A stretch of 64,000 bases of DNA from Chrysomallon squamiferum. Lineage: Eukaryota > Animalia > Mollusca. The position numbers and the translations under genes were made by a program. The stretch lies in NCBI GenBank assembly GCA_012295275.1, contig CM022671.1, positions 36,146,001 through 36,210,000 of the forward strand, written 5' to 3'. How positions within the stretch are numbered: the first letter of the stretch is position 1; every line of letters begins with the position of its first letter. The notes below the pieces were generated by a model. It was not told where the DNA came from and searched no databases. It worked only from the letters and a program-made list of their open reading frames with translations. Positions 36,161 to 49,895 of this stretch are shown here, piece after piece.

Positions 36161-38512
36161 AGGAGTCAGGAATTTGTTAGATAAAGTCTACAGTTGTACA
36201 ACGTGTATTAAATTAATAAATGATGACCCAAAGTTGTCATATTTTCGTATCCTTTCCATTGTTTAATTTATCATGTGTGTATTGTATATTTTAATTTATT
36301 CTCCCTGTTTATGAGACTTATTAAACATTTGTATCATATGTTACGTGTAAATATTATTGATATAAAAATGTTGTTTCAAAATCGTGTGTTTTTTATTTTT
36401 ATCAAATTGTAGGTTTCCTCGTATAGTCCGGTTTTGTCCACAGAGACTGGATTAGGCGAGATATATTAAAGTGATAATAAGCGTTTACTTCTTAAGAGGA
36501 AGTTCTGTAAACAACAAAACAGATTTTTTTACTAATGATCTGTAAGAAATATCAATGGTTTCCTCTTTGCTATAATAAGGACGTAAGGAAAGAAACAAAC
36601 AAAGAAACAAACAAATATAATTTATATTAAATTGTGTTGAGGTGAAGATAATTCTAAGTACTTTTATTATTTAATAGGTTACTTGTCTCTTTATTTATTC
36701 CCGTTTTAATAATCAGTGAATTTTTAGAAATTCTAAATATTCGCCTAGAAAGGTTCGACACAGATACTCTGCTTATAAACTGGTTCATCTACTTTCTGTA
36801 TACCAGTAATCCAAATTCTATTCCTTTACTTTTCGGCTGAATGACACTGAAATAACTGACATGAGATACATCAATTTATCTGGCAGGCAGAATAAAACAT
36901 ACCACAAAGTCTGAAACTGTATCGCACAGTCTAAATTTCTAAAAGTGTAGTTTTGCTTATATTAAGAAACAGTTTAAGTGTATTCAGCATACTGCCAAGT
37001 TACTTTTCTTGCCGCCTAATCTTTATAAAAATGAAAAATAAACAAACAAACAAACACAAATAAATAAATAAATAAATAAAGTATAACAACAAAAACAAGT
37101 TGTTGATCAGATCCCAGTTTCACCTGTAAAAGGGTATTTTGCAACAGTACTGTTTACGTTTACATTCTTGGGGCCCTGAAGCTTGAACTATTGTGGGGGT
37201 TCTTCGCAAGAAGCAACGAGGTCTAGATAACCTCTGTTTTCTTCTTCAGTGGGTTTGTTCAGCTAAGACAGATCACCTAAATTTGTTTTTTAAATTTAAC
37301 CACGGTCTGTCAAATTTCGATTAAAACTGTTAAGCAATATGGACCAATGTCGCTTCTGGGTGGGGGAGGTATCATGTATTAGGGACTCTGAAAATCAAGT
37401 TTCATTAATTTGATAACAGATCCGCCCCTTATCTTAATTATGATAATTCGCCCAAAAACAATCAAATAATATCTTTTAGCTGTAAATAACTTCTGAAGAC
37501 CTCTCATTTGTGCTTATGTATGTAAACTTTAATAAACTTTTTCTTCTTTTCTTCTTCTTTTCTTTTTTGCTAAATTATGTGATAAAGAATGAATAGATAA
37601 CATATCTTTTAAAATATTTAACAATATTATTTGTGTAATTCGACACTATTATTTATTTATTTATTTTTAATTATTATTATTTTTTTTAAATATTTATATT
37701 TTTAGATAATTGTTTGGGTTTTTTTCTCAGTAAATTCCTTACTTCAATCGTCTAATTCTTTCATTTTGAAAATGAAATAAAATTTGAATCTCTTGGAATA
37801 TTATCTAACACTGAATCTCATAAAAATGAGCCGGTGAACTGTATTCGACTGTTTTCAGTAACTGTACGAGAATTATCAGTGGAATTTTTCAGGCGTTGTT
37901 CTTCACAAACACAATCACACCCAAGGATCCTCACGCTCCACCCACTGTCCAAAGATCGTGGATTTTTTTTTTTCCTGGTTGTAACGGGTATGAAAATAAA
38001 ACAGCGACAGCGGATTTCATTTCTAACTGCAGAAACAGATTAAAAATATGTTGAATAAAATAATTATATTTTTTCTTTCAATTGGTTTACACCTAACAAG
38101 AACAAAGAAATTTCATTATGTCACTTTTCTTACATCATTTGTTATATCGAGTGAGCATTATCATAAAATAAATATAATATAATACAATACAATATAATAT
38201 AATATAATATAATATAATATAATATAATATATATTTTTTAAAATGAAAGAAGAAAACTAAATATAAAAGTAAAGTAATGAAAAAAATAAAAGATACTCTG
38301 CCAACCATACAGCATATCAACATCAACCACATTAATAACACGCACATACGCATAGATACATACATGCACACACCTTATAAATTTAGAAATACTCGTTTCT
38401 TTCTCTCCGTAAGTATACCTTTTTCCTTTTATTTTCTAAAATAAATTTTGATTTATGTTTTTTTTTTAATATTATTTATTATGTTGTTGTTTTAATTATG
38501 TATTCACTCCTT

Positions 38513-38547
<35 letters not shown>

Positions 38548-39329
38548 TAGTAAGAAACTGGTGAACCTTGTTAAACATCACACTGACACAAATTTACACT
38601 AAACAAGAAGAAAATGGGTTTGGTAATGAAAGGGGAAAAACTCGCCTTCTAAGAAACAAAAACAAACGTAAAACCTGTAGGAGTTATCTCCCAATATTGA
38701 TAAAAGCAATGTTACAATGTCGAAAGTATTTTAAGAGAGTAATCAGTTAAACATTTTATTGCGCGAAAAGAACAAGAATGTGACAGAGTTTTTATGTTAT
38801 TTAATTTAGACTCACTATCGTATCATTGCAAACTCCTATAATTATATATATATTTCTCTGTGTCAAATAATTATCATTACTATACATTGCAATGGTAAGT
38901 ACAACTACAAATGTTTCAGCAGCAGCAACGATGGTGGTACTAGCAAAAGTAGAAGTAGAACTAATAGAATTAGTAGAAGTAGTTGTAATACTACTAGTAA
39001 TAGTAGTAGTAGTTGTTGTTATAACTTGACGCTGTAGTGGTAGAAGTAGTAGTAGAAATAGTAGTAGTAGTTGTAACTGTTGTTGCTGTAGTATTAACAG
39101 TAACAGCAGCAGCACAATACAGAAGTAGTAATTGGTGTTTTACTTGCTAATGCTTTTGTTATGATAGTAATAATGTTAGTAGTAATATTTATAGTTGTAA
39201 CATAGTGATAATAGGAACAGGAACAGTAGCAGCAATAGCAGTGACAATGACAATGAGTGTATTCTCATTAACTTTAGGACGACAGTACACAGACGAATGT
39301 GTTACAGATATATAATAATAAAATTAAAA

Positions 39330-39700
39330 TGCACATGCGTGGAAGTTTAACGTTAAGGACGTATTCTCTCACACATAGTTCTTATTGACAAACATAACTT
39401 TTTTATACTTTTATACACATTATTATACGAAAATATGTTTGGATGTTTCATGTATTTATCTGGTATATTTTTTCTCGCATTTAACAATATAGGATCATTG
39501 CATTCAAATATATAATGATATTCATCTCCAATTTTGTCAAGATTACATACACATTTGGCATTTTCTATTTTCTTTTTGAATATTAATCCATCGTCCTGTT
39601 TCAATAGGAAGTTTAACATTAGAGGTTCTAAATTTACGTAAGACGTTAGCGTTCTTTTGAGACAGCACAGTAAGGTACTTTTCTAATTTCAATTCATTTT
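39330..39700 (-). mobile_element. Decayed 3' fragment of a non-LTR retrotransposon (C-terminal cysteine/histidine motif of ORF2)
   Basis: ORF 39353-39619 contains C-x-C-x5-GDEYHYIFEC, resembling the post-RT motif of invertebrate LINEs; no intact RT. Confidence 0.65.
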
Positions 39701-40210
39701 TTTTTTTATATAATATTTATAGTTAATACCCTTTGGAGACGGTAACATTATCATCAGTCTGAAGACGCTGTATATCTCAGAATGCTCCTTCACACAAAGT
39801 ATATCTATCTGAAATATAGAGGTATTTGATAATGGTATATAATAAAATATTTCCATTTGCACTGCTGCTTTGTTAACTAAATGTGTCTTACTCAGTAGTA
39901 GCACAGACGTTCGACAAAAACTGTAACTAAAAAGTGATAACGATAATCGATATAAAATAAGAGAGAAAACCATTTTTTTAGTGTTATTTTTATATCATTT
40001 ATGTACAGAAATATACACAGTAATAGAATATTTTACACAATTTTTTTTTCTTTTGTACAGATTGTTTTATCATATTATCACAAAACTAACTAAATAAATA
40101 AATACTAAAACAGTAATAACAAATAGTTTTAATAGCTCTAACAGAATGCTGTTCATCTTAATTACACGACGTTAATTTTTCTATTTCAATGACGAACAGT
40201 AAAATTATGA

Positions 40211-43200
40211 TCACATAAAACCAAACGATGGTGTGTAACTTCCGTACTGTCGGTGCGTCTGATCGTTGTACGAGGTAAAAGCCGCCTGTGGTCTCGGCTG
40301 GTAAAAGTAGCAGTCTCTCTCTGCGTGCTGCGGTGTTGACGTCATAGGCGTGCAGCAGGAAGAAGAATTATAAAAACCGGATGGAAAATTTCCATAGTTG
40401 TTTTGTTCCATTAAAAATCGAGTCGATTTCGGTTGTAAAAATGAGTTTTGCGCTCTTGGTTGAGTGGGCGTGTTTTCATAGCGGCAGCCTGACAGAAACT
40501 GCTGTTGATATGGGCTGTTGACTGGTTCCGGTGGTGACGAAATCAGTCCAACATGCGATGATGTCATTCCGAGATGGGCAGATGGCGTCACTAGTAAATC
40601 CGTGGCGTTCATGGTCGTCCTCGGAGAGATGCGACGAGGTGAAGGATAACGCGATGGAATCACATTTTCTTTCTTTGTTTCTGATGAAGTCAGATTGTGT
40701 AATGACATCAGAGCTCGAGACGTGAGAGTGTGTGACGTAGGAGGTGCAGCTTCTGGCTTCAGACTGCGAAGTTTCCCCGCGAGTGACAGAGGGGGGAGGT
40801 AAACTGGATGAGTTGACGTTTCGTTCTCTTTCGATCTTTTCCTCCAGCGAGCTCGCTTGTTCTGAAACCAGATCTGAAAAAACAACAACAATACAGTATA
40901 AAATCAAGCACAAAAAGTATATCGAAACAACTAACAACAACAACAAATTATATAGAAAAAATAACAATAAAAAGGAAAGAAAAATTAGTATTAAAAAAAT
41001 GAGAGACACAGAGAGAGAATTCAAATGTTGTGATATAAATTCCACAAGAAAAAGAGATCGATTGGTTCGTCAGTAATGAAAATAATAAACCAAATGATCT
41101 ATAATTGTTTTTGTTACGTGTATTTCTACAACTGTTACACCGTAATTCTACAGCTTTATTCGTTAGGTGTATTTCTATTACTGTTATATATAATTTTATA
41201 GTTGTATTTGTTACGTGTTTTTCTATAACTGTTACACGTAATTCTATAGCTGTATTCGTTACGTCTATTTCTATAACTGTTACTGTATTCGTTACGTCTA
41301 TTTCTATAACTGTTACACGTAATTCTATAGCTGTATTCGTTACGTGTATTTGTATAACTGTTACACATAATTCTATAATTATATTTGTTACGTGTAATTC
41401 TATAACTGTTACGTGTAATTCTATAGTTGTATTTGTTACGTGTTTTTCTATAACTGTTACACGTAATTCTATAGCTGTATTCGTTACGTCTATTTCTATA
41501 ACTGTTACACGTAATTCTATAGCTGTATTCGTTACGTGTATTTGTATAACTGTTACACATAATTCTATAATTACATTTGTTACGTGTAATTCTATAACTG
41601 TTACGTGTATTTCTATAATTTCACTAATGGTTACTTACTCTGAGTTTCTGTTCTGAAATCTCTAGCTCAACTGAAATCCGCTCAATATTTTCAGTGTCTG
41701 GATACGGCGTCTCCAGAAAAATTCTTTCAAGAGCTCTGATCTGCTTCATGGAATAATTTGTTCGTGTCTTTTTCTTCATCGTGAATTCCACGTCACCTGA
41801 CCCCGTTCCTCGTTTCTCATTGGCTGGCAGTATAGGAACTGTTTCTCTGGAGGTAAATGATCTGGTATGTTCGGGTTGTATCCTGGTACGCATAACATCA
41901 ACTGGTACTACAGCTGCCGGTTTCGGGAGAATCGCCACAAGACTGGTGTTTGCTGTTGGTGTATCTTTAGCTGTATCTTGTGGTGAGTGTGTTATGGATG
42001 TCTGTTGAAGTGAGCAAACGTATGCTTCCTGTGGCGAGTTTAGTCGGTTAACAGACGTCTGCTGAGGTGCAGTCGATGCTGGTGGAAGGATGGGGCTGCA
42101 AGGATTCAGATGATGTAGTTGATGTGACTCTACTGGTGGTAGGGTTCTCTCTGGATAATTCCCAGGACTGCACAAGTCAAAACTGTCATGTGACAAACTG
42201 GTGAAACTGGAACCACGTGACTCGCCCGAAGCGGAACTGACGTATTGATAATCGGACACATTTCCACTGTCTTCTAGATTTGTCTCTGAAAGTTAAAGTT
42301 TTAGAAACAATATACTAACTGTCATCTTCATTATTATATTATTATTATTATTAAAAAGTAGATGATAATAATAAGTCATTAATTTTATACTCACTATATA
42401 ATGTTACGGAAAGTATTTAAGGTAAAAGTGTGGATAAGGGATACATTTATATGACATTTCGAATAGTAGTAAATTGGAAAGTCAAAATAAATAAATAAAT
42501 AAATAAATAGTAATTTTTTCCAAGTATAATATTTCATATTCTCGATATTCAGTTTAATAAGAGGCAAACTCAAAGAGTTTAACAATTTAAAATTAATAAA
42601 TGTTGTTTTAATAACTGATGTGTTAAGCTACCTCGGTTGTTGAAACTAAGATCGTCTGTACAGACAACGTCGTTGTTGTGCGGGGATGTCGCCGGCTCTG
42701 CTGACGATGTAGGCTCTGTTACATCAGCGACGACGTCTGACTGAAAGCTGAAGAGACTGTCGAGGAAAGCTTGAGGGATGAGCTGAGGGTCACCGTTAAA
42801 CATGGCTGCCAATGCGACGACATCAATAGGCTGGATAATTGTCGTAGTCGTTTCGTGTGGTTCCTGGAAATGTTAGCAACAGTACATGATAGAGAGTCAT
42901 AAGCTTGTGTGTTTGTAAATCTAACGTGAGAATGAATTGTGTGACAGTATATTTGTAACGTGAGAATGAAATGCGATAGTATTATTCGTAACGTGACTGT
43001 CAAAACGTAGACTGAATATAGATATCTATATGTGTAACGTAACTCTAACACAAAGATCAGTAACAAAATTAAATCATATAGAAGATACTGGCGAATGTAA
43101 ACGTTTGTAAAGGTAAAGCGATGTAGAACAGTTAGTGAGTTACATGTAGTTAATTAGAATGTAACAGTGAGTGGTGAGTCTTAATCAGTGTAGAGAAAGA

Positions 43201-43677
43201 CGTGGGTGTAGACTGCAGTAGACAAGAGATTAGATAAACTTCCGTGTTTTTTAAGTTTTTTTTTTTTTTTTTTTTATAACGTTAGTGTAAACAAATTAAA
43301 AAAAAAAAAAAGATAAAGAAAAAAAGAAATAATTTTAAAAGGGTAATTAGCTAAATTGATATCTTGCATTATGAAAAATTATTTGATAAAGTTATATAGT
43401 TATATTTGTGAAAGAGTAAGCGTACGTATGTTTGTGGGGGTGCCTGCGTGAAAATTAACATCATTAACTCCTGAATCCTTGTGAATTTTCTTTTATGGCA
43501 TACTTTGTTATTAGCCAAGGTTATTTTTCGACAATTAAATAAATTAATCATGTTGCGTTTACAAAATATACTGAGAGAAGTGTTCACTAAAATAACACGG
43601 TAGTAAGAAACAAGTAAAACATTCCCTGATTTTAACAAACCAGGATACAGATTTAACTGTCAAACAAGTCTACAGAA

Positions 43678-43721
<44 letters not shown>

Positions 43722-44952
43722 TAAAATAATTCCTTAATTAATATAGAAGTTTTATATTTTATATCAGATGAAAATATTTATATTTATGTGGAAATCTTAG
43801 GAATGTTTCATTAGACATTAAATCAATAATATTTTCCAATAGTTTAGAATACACTAATGGCAGAATCTAATCCATCTGCTTAATCAGTCTTGAAAAAGTT
43901 CCATTTTGTACAAATAGCAGCACAACAAATGGATTTCAGAGGATGCTTGTATAAAAATCAATTCTTAATTTAATTTGTCACTGTCAAATACGTCACTCGG
44001 CAACAGAAAATGATTGATATAGAATTGTTTTAAGACAACTGACACTTTATTTGACGTAGGACAAGTCGACGTGAGGTATGAAAATAAATAAATAAATAAA
44101 AAATTAAAACATTATCACGCTCTCTTTATCTAAATTTATTTCACTGTTCAAATTTTAAAACATTTAAATAATGTGGAAAGCTGAAAAGCTTAAATAACAT
44201 ATTTATTTATTTATTTATTTCAAGTATTTATTATTGTTGTTGTTGATTTGTTTCTAATAGACTGTCTTTACACTAATGTATTAACCAATTAATGTCCGTT
44301 TAACTTCCGATTAACGTTTATTAATTTAAAATATTCTCTTCTATATTGAGAACTGATCTTTATTTACATCACGTGATTAACGTTGTTTTAAAATTTTATC
44401 TTTTATTCTTGTAAGTGATCTTTAATTGCGTCACGTGAAAAATGTATTACAGTTTTGATTGCTTGCAGAATTTTCACTGTATATTCTTCTATTTTATTAA
44501 TTAAACTATTATGGTTATAATTTTACAGTAATTAAGCAGCGAACATTTATTTATTTTTCTAAAATGCTAATACATTGTTCTAACCGATCACGCCAGCAGC
44601 CTTCCAGAGGGTACATTGTCAGTTTTGCGGCAAAGCGCCATTGTCACTGTTAATTTATCGATTTTTTTTTCTTCTTCTTTTTTTTTTTTAGTTTCTGAAA
44701 CTTTGCGTGAAGTGCGTGTGCCTACAGGTGCCACTCGTTCTAAAAGTTGGTAATGAAGTATTAACCTTTTAGATAAAATTTTAGATAAAATAATAATAAT
44801 AATAATAATAATAATAATCTTCAACTGGAGAATACTGAAAAGGACAGACAACTCTTTCTTTCTCACAGAATCACAGTGAACGAACAAAACATCAACAATT
44901 TTAGATTCTAATGAAGCGATTAGATACAAGAAAAATCGTTTTCACTTACCAT
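40211..44952 (-). CDS. Divergent PRD-like Q50 homeobox protein 3 (514 aa; exons 44952-44950 (ATG only), 42863-42632, 42285-41639, 40873-40211)
   Basis: Homeodomain KKKTRTNYSMKQIRALERIFLETPYPDTENIERISVELEISEQKLR|IWFQNKRARWRKRS; intron at 46/47; ATG|GTAAGT first exon supported by upstream TATATA (45088-45083) and Inr TCAGTT (45059-45054). Confidence 0.87.
41115..41620. repeat. Intronic minisatellite (~21-bp CTATAACTGTTACACGTAATT variants) inside the homeobox-interrupting intron of gene 3
   Basis: Visible; generates the spurious ORFs 41105-41656 and 41156-41560. Confidence 0.88.
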
Positions 44953-45053
44953 TATCTTAGTGGTCACAGAGTATCGGTAAATCTTTCTCGCTTTTCCAGA
45001 GACACTGTCACAAGAACGCAAAACACAAAACAGTTATTCGTCTTACTGTAGAT

Positions 45054-45250
45054 AACTGAGTTTTACTGGTATTTTCTGAGTCTATATATCCACGTCTAGT
45101 GACATGTCACTTTAGAGACGACGCTGCCATCTCGCATGTATTAATGAAATTATCTAATTAGCAGATAATCACATTGGCAATGAGATGAGTTGACAGGATT
45201 ATTGTGAGTGCATTACTATAATTTGCTAATCCGATCAACGAGTGATTAAT
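45054..45250 (-). promoter_or_regulatory. Core and proximal promoter of homeobox gene 3: Inr, TATA, palindrome AGTGACATGTCACT, P3 site TAATGAAATTA, TAATCC/GGATTA sites
   Basis: Inr 45059-45054; TATATA about 30 nt upstream; palindrome 45098-45111; P3 45142-45152; GGATTA 45196; TAATCC 45227. Confidence 0.55.
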
Positions 45251-45300
45251 ACTAAAACAACAGTTGAAACAAGGATCGGCTCTTATTTCATGATCCCCCA

Positions 45301-45303
<3 letters not shown>

Positions 45304-45384
<81 letters not shown>
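45304..45384. repeat. (CT)n microsatellite
   Basis: Visible. Confidence 0.95.
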
Positions 45385-45388
<4 letters not shown>

Positions 45389-45584
45389 AGAGAAACAAAT
45401 AGAGAGTTATGTGTTTCAGCCAGTACGAAGAGGGTATATAGACAGGGGAGGAGAAATCTGATTAATAAATGAAGACTGACTAAAATCATTTAAATTTGTT
45501 TTGTCTGAAAAGGAACAGAACAAAAAAATAAATAAATAAAAACTTTCATTTCATTTCATTGCATAAAATTTGTTATTTCTCTTC

Positions 45585-45624
<40 letters not shown>

Positions 45625-48023
45625 GTTTATTTAATTTCTTCTCATTATTATTATTTGGGTTTTTTTCTGATTTAGTAAAATTGTAAATTAAAAAGTAATT
45701 TTTGTGTACACCCATACAGAGGGATATAAAATTGTATTCTACACAATTCTGAAATTACAGTGTGCTGTGTATGTTTGTGTGTGCGTTTGTCTGTGTGTGT
45801 TGTGTGTGTGTGTGTGTGTGTGTGTGTGATAATAACATTAGAATAAGATTTAGCATCATGATTACTACATCAATACGACGACTACTATCACTATGACGGC
45901 CACTGCTTGTTCTAAATTATAATTTCTGTAATGAGAACTCCGAGTGAACATATAAAGAAGTAAATTCCCAGGAACTGATGAAAATGAAAACAAAAAATAG
46001 ACATTAAAAAATAAAATAAAATAAAATAATTCCCTGTAATCGAGGCGTAATAATTTATAAGTTTTGATTTTTTATATTTCTTTATATTATATTATATTAT
46101 TTATTTATTTGTTATTAATATTATTATTTTTTATGACAGTCATTATACAGCACACGTACTAATTGACTCTTTATTTTATTGCTTAGAATTAGTGTCGTAT
46201 TACTCAAATAAATAAAACAAATAAAAGTATTTAGACACTTTTAACATGCATAAAAATACAGTTACGGACAATATAGAAAGTTAATTATAAATAGGTATAA
46301 TTAGTCATTTTCGTTCACAGCGAAATTCATAGAAATTGTAGCTATTATGTTACACATAAAGAACTCTAGAAGGTAATATGTATGGTACAGTTAGTGAGAA
46401 GTTTGTGCGACAAGTTTAGTGTTGCTCAGTCTTTTCATAGAATTTGCTGTAACTACTAGTATCAGATTCTTTATCGTTTTAGCCAGTTATTCATTAAAGT
46501 TGAAAGAAAAGCTCGTAAATATAACCCAGTATAATTGTTTTATTCAGTCTCAGTTGTTCTAGATAAAATAATATTTTTAAATGATTATTTATTGTTTGTT
46601 TCCATTTTTGTAACTACCAAACTGATTCGAATTGCGCTATGTAACAACAGCTGACGTAAGCATCATGGCTGCTATTCACATAATAGTGCACTGAAACGAA
46701 CATCTTTAATAACTGTTAAATGTGTTAGATCAATATTTACAACCAATAAATAGCATTGTTAAATGCAATGTTAAAAATTTCAATAGAATTCCAATTCTTT
46801 TAAAAAGCTATTAACAATTCAATACAATTTAAATAGATATGTAGATAAGGTGTGTCGTCGTTAAAGTATTCATGAACTATATAAGTACTTTATTCGAAGA
46901 TTGTTGTAATACACATCATCTATCTATTTAATGTTGATTTTTTAAATTAATTAATCATCATTAATCATCACTATTTTTGTAGTGCCAGACGAGTTTTACT
47001 TGTTTGGTACAAGAATGATAATAATCGAACAATGTGCCTAATTACTTACTTGACACGTACTAATGAAGATGATTGCTAATGGTGATAACTTGGTGGTAAA
47101 CAATTGCTATTTATTGAAGCGATGACTCGTAATAATGTTGAAAATCCACAACTTCCTGCACTTCATTTCGTGAATACACTAATACAACATTTGTAATATT
47201 TTATCGATTTATTTTTCTTTTCTTTTTTTTTTCTTTCTTTTTTTTCCTTTATTTTCGTGTTGTTTTTTTTGTGTTTTTTTTTTAATTTTGTCAGTTCATT
47301 ACAAAGAAAAGACAATTCGTATTTCCATATTTTATTTTATTTATATTTATTTATTTTTTTAAAGAAAATTCTATACTCAAAGCATATGCAATACATTTTT
47401 TTTTTTCGAACTAACGACTTCAAGTATCAATATAATTATCTGTCTATTTGTATTAAAGGAATACTCGAGCGGCAATACATTTTCACAAACCTTTTAATAT
47501 ACACAAGAAGACTGATAATATTTAATTAGTAAATATACAGATTTTTATTAATCCAGTTTATACGTTTTTTATTTTTATTTATTTATTTTTTTTATTTTTT
47601 TTTTTAGCGTATGTTCATTTTTTAAAGTGTATTCAAATAGCTGTACTGTTTTTGTTTGCTCGAACTCAAATATGACTCGAGCATTCCTTTAAAGTATGCT
47701 AACAACTCAAGTAACTGCGTGCTTTAAAGAGCCCAGACTGCTGTAACAGTTGTGTGTTTTCAGGGAGGTTCGAAACAGACGGCTAGTGATTTCTAACTAA
47801 AGACGAAACGTAATGTGTATATACATTAACTGTCATCACACATCCTTGCTTTAACTAATCAGTGATAAGTATGTGATCACAGGGTCAAATGAGAATTTGT
47901 GGTTATCTGCTTTCCAGCGGTGTCGAAGAACAAACGCAGAACCGAGCCTACGAGCGCTTGTGTCTCGACGAGGTGAAGGTCGACACAAAACGTCGCTTGC
48001 ATTTGAGCTAATGCTTGAGGCGT

Positions 48024-48987
48024 TTACTTTAAACGGAGTAACTTCCTGAACGCTCGCCTGAAATCTGGTGAACTGAAATTGTACAGAAACGGGTTTATCG
48101 TTGAGTTGAGGTACGTCATCCAGAACGTCACTGTGTACACGATTTCTGGAACGAGCTTGGGGTTGCTGGCGCTCACGTCGAACACGAAATGGAATGGCAC
48201 CCAGCAAATGATGTACCCAGCAATGACGTAGGTCAAAGTGAGGAAGACTTTTCTCTCGCGTCTCTCTGCCTGTTCGCCGGACTCATTCCTGCTATCAAAA
48301 GAATGCGAGTCTGATGAGGAAAAGGCAGAAGTCAACGACTTCGAGTCTGGAACGGCCAAAAACTTGACAATACTCAACTTTGTCTTCTGCACGCGCGGAA
48401 TGCTCGTTTCGGAACGAATCGCTTGTTTTTCATTCAGCTGTTGGCTTGTCTGTATGTCTGTGCTATCTGAGTAGCCCTGATTTTGATAGGGTAAGTTGTT
48501 TGTAGTCACCAGCGGTTCATCCTGGACGGTGGAGTAAATATTTGTGGCAGACGTTTGCTCTGGAGATGAGGTGAAGCTTTTATTTACCGTGGGTTCTTGT
48601 GCTAAATCTAGTGAAGACACGCTCTCAGCTGGCACCATTTTGTCGCTTGGCACGACTGGATCAGCCGAGTGGTTCGTCTCGCTGGCTCGCCTCACCTCAA
48701 TGACTGGAGGAGTGTCTGGAAAACCAGAGCAAGTAGCATTCACGTCACTCCGTGCGCCTGTTATACACCTGCTCCCTACTGCTCCGATTTTTAGTCTCTG
48801 TTTCATGAACAAATAAACTCGAATGTAACAAAACAAGAGAATCAAACACGAGCCGTGATGGCCGACAGCGGCCACTACGATAACGAATTCTTTGTTTTGA
48901 GACGGTTCCCACTTACACACGTTGGACCGACTGTTTCTCAGTCTGTCAGTTATACACGGGGGCAGCCACAGTATCAACATAACAATC
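48024..48987 (-). CDS. Class A GPCR (biogenic amine/histamine/muscarinic-like), terminal exon encoding TM4 second half to TM7
   Basis: Acceptor TTTTCAG|G at 48988/48987 completes the W4.50 codon; CKWEP (ECL2 Cys), long ICL3, RRERKVF, CWVPFH, WMTYLNSTINPFLY, helix 8 DFRRAF. Confidence 0.92.
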
Positions 48988-49822
48988 CTGAAAATAACAA
49001 ATATACACTTTAATACAGACACAGTATCAACATAACAATCCTGAAAATAACAAATATACACTTTAATACAGACACAGTATCAACATAACAATCCTGAAAA
49101 TAACAAATATACACTTTAATACAGTCACAGTATCAACAGATAAATCCTGAAAATAACAAATATACACTTTAATACAGACACAGTATCAACATAACAATCC
49201 TGAAAATAACAAATATACACTTTAATACAGACACAGTATCAACATAACAATCCTGAAAATAACAAATATACACTTTAATACAGTCACAGTATCAACAGAT
49301 AAATCCTGAAAATAACAAATATACACTTTAATACAGACACTGTATCAACATAACAATCCTGAAAATAACAAATATACACTTTAATACAGTCACAGTATCA
49401 ACATAACAATCCTGAAAATAACAAATATACACTTTAATACAGACACTGTATCAACATAACAATCCTGAAAATAACAAATATACACTTTAATACAGACACA
49501 GTATCAACATAACAATCCTGAAAATAACAAATATACACTTTAATACAGTCACAGTATCAACAGATAAATCCTGAAAATAACAAATATACACTTTAATACA
49601 GACACTGTATCAACATAACAATCCTGAAAATAACAAATATACACTTTAATACAGTCACAGTATCAACATAACAATCCTGAAAATAACAAATATACACTTT
49701 AATACAGACACTGTATCAACATAACAATCATGAAAATAACAAATATACACTTTAATACAGAAACGACATAATCCTGAAAATTACAGATATACATTTAAAT
49801 ACAGACACAGTATCAACATAAC

Positions 49823-49824
<2 letters not shown>
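48968..49824. repeat. 53-bp tandem repeat, ~16 copies, whose unit spans the GPCR splice acceptor (33 nt intron + 20 nt exon)
   Basis: Unit ACAGTATCAACATAACAATCCTGAAAATAACAAATATACACTTTAATACAGAC. Confidence 0.95.

Positions 49825-49825
<1 letters not shown>

Positions 49826-49891
<66 letters not shown>
49826..49891. repeat. (GA)n microsatellite
   Basis: Visible. Confidence 0.95.

Positions 49892-49895
<4 letters not shown>

Noticed and set aside
41105-41656. 183-aa and 134-aa ORFs
   Set aside because: By-products of an intronic minisatellite.
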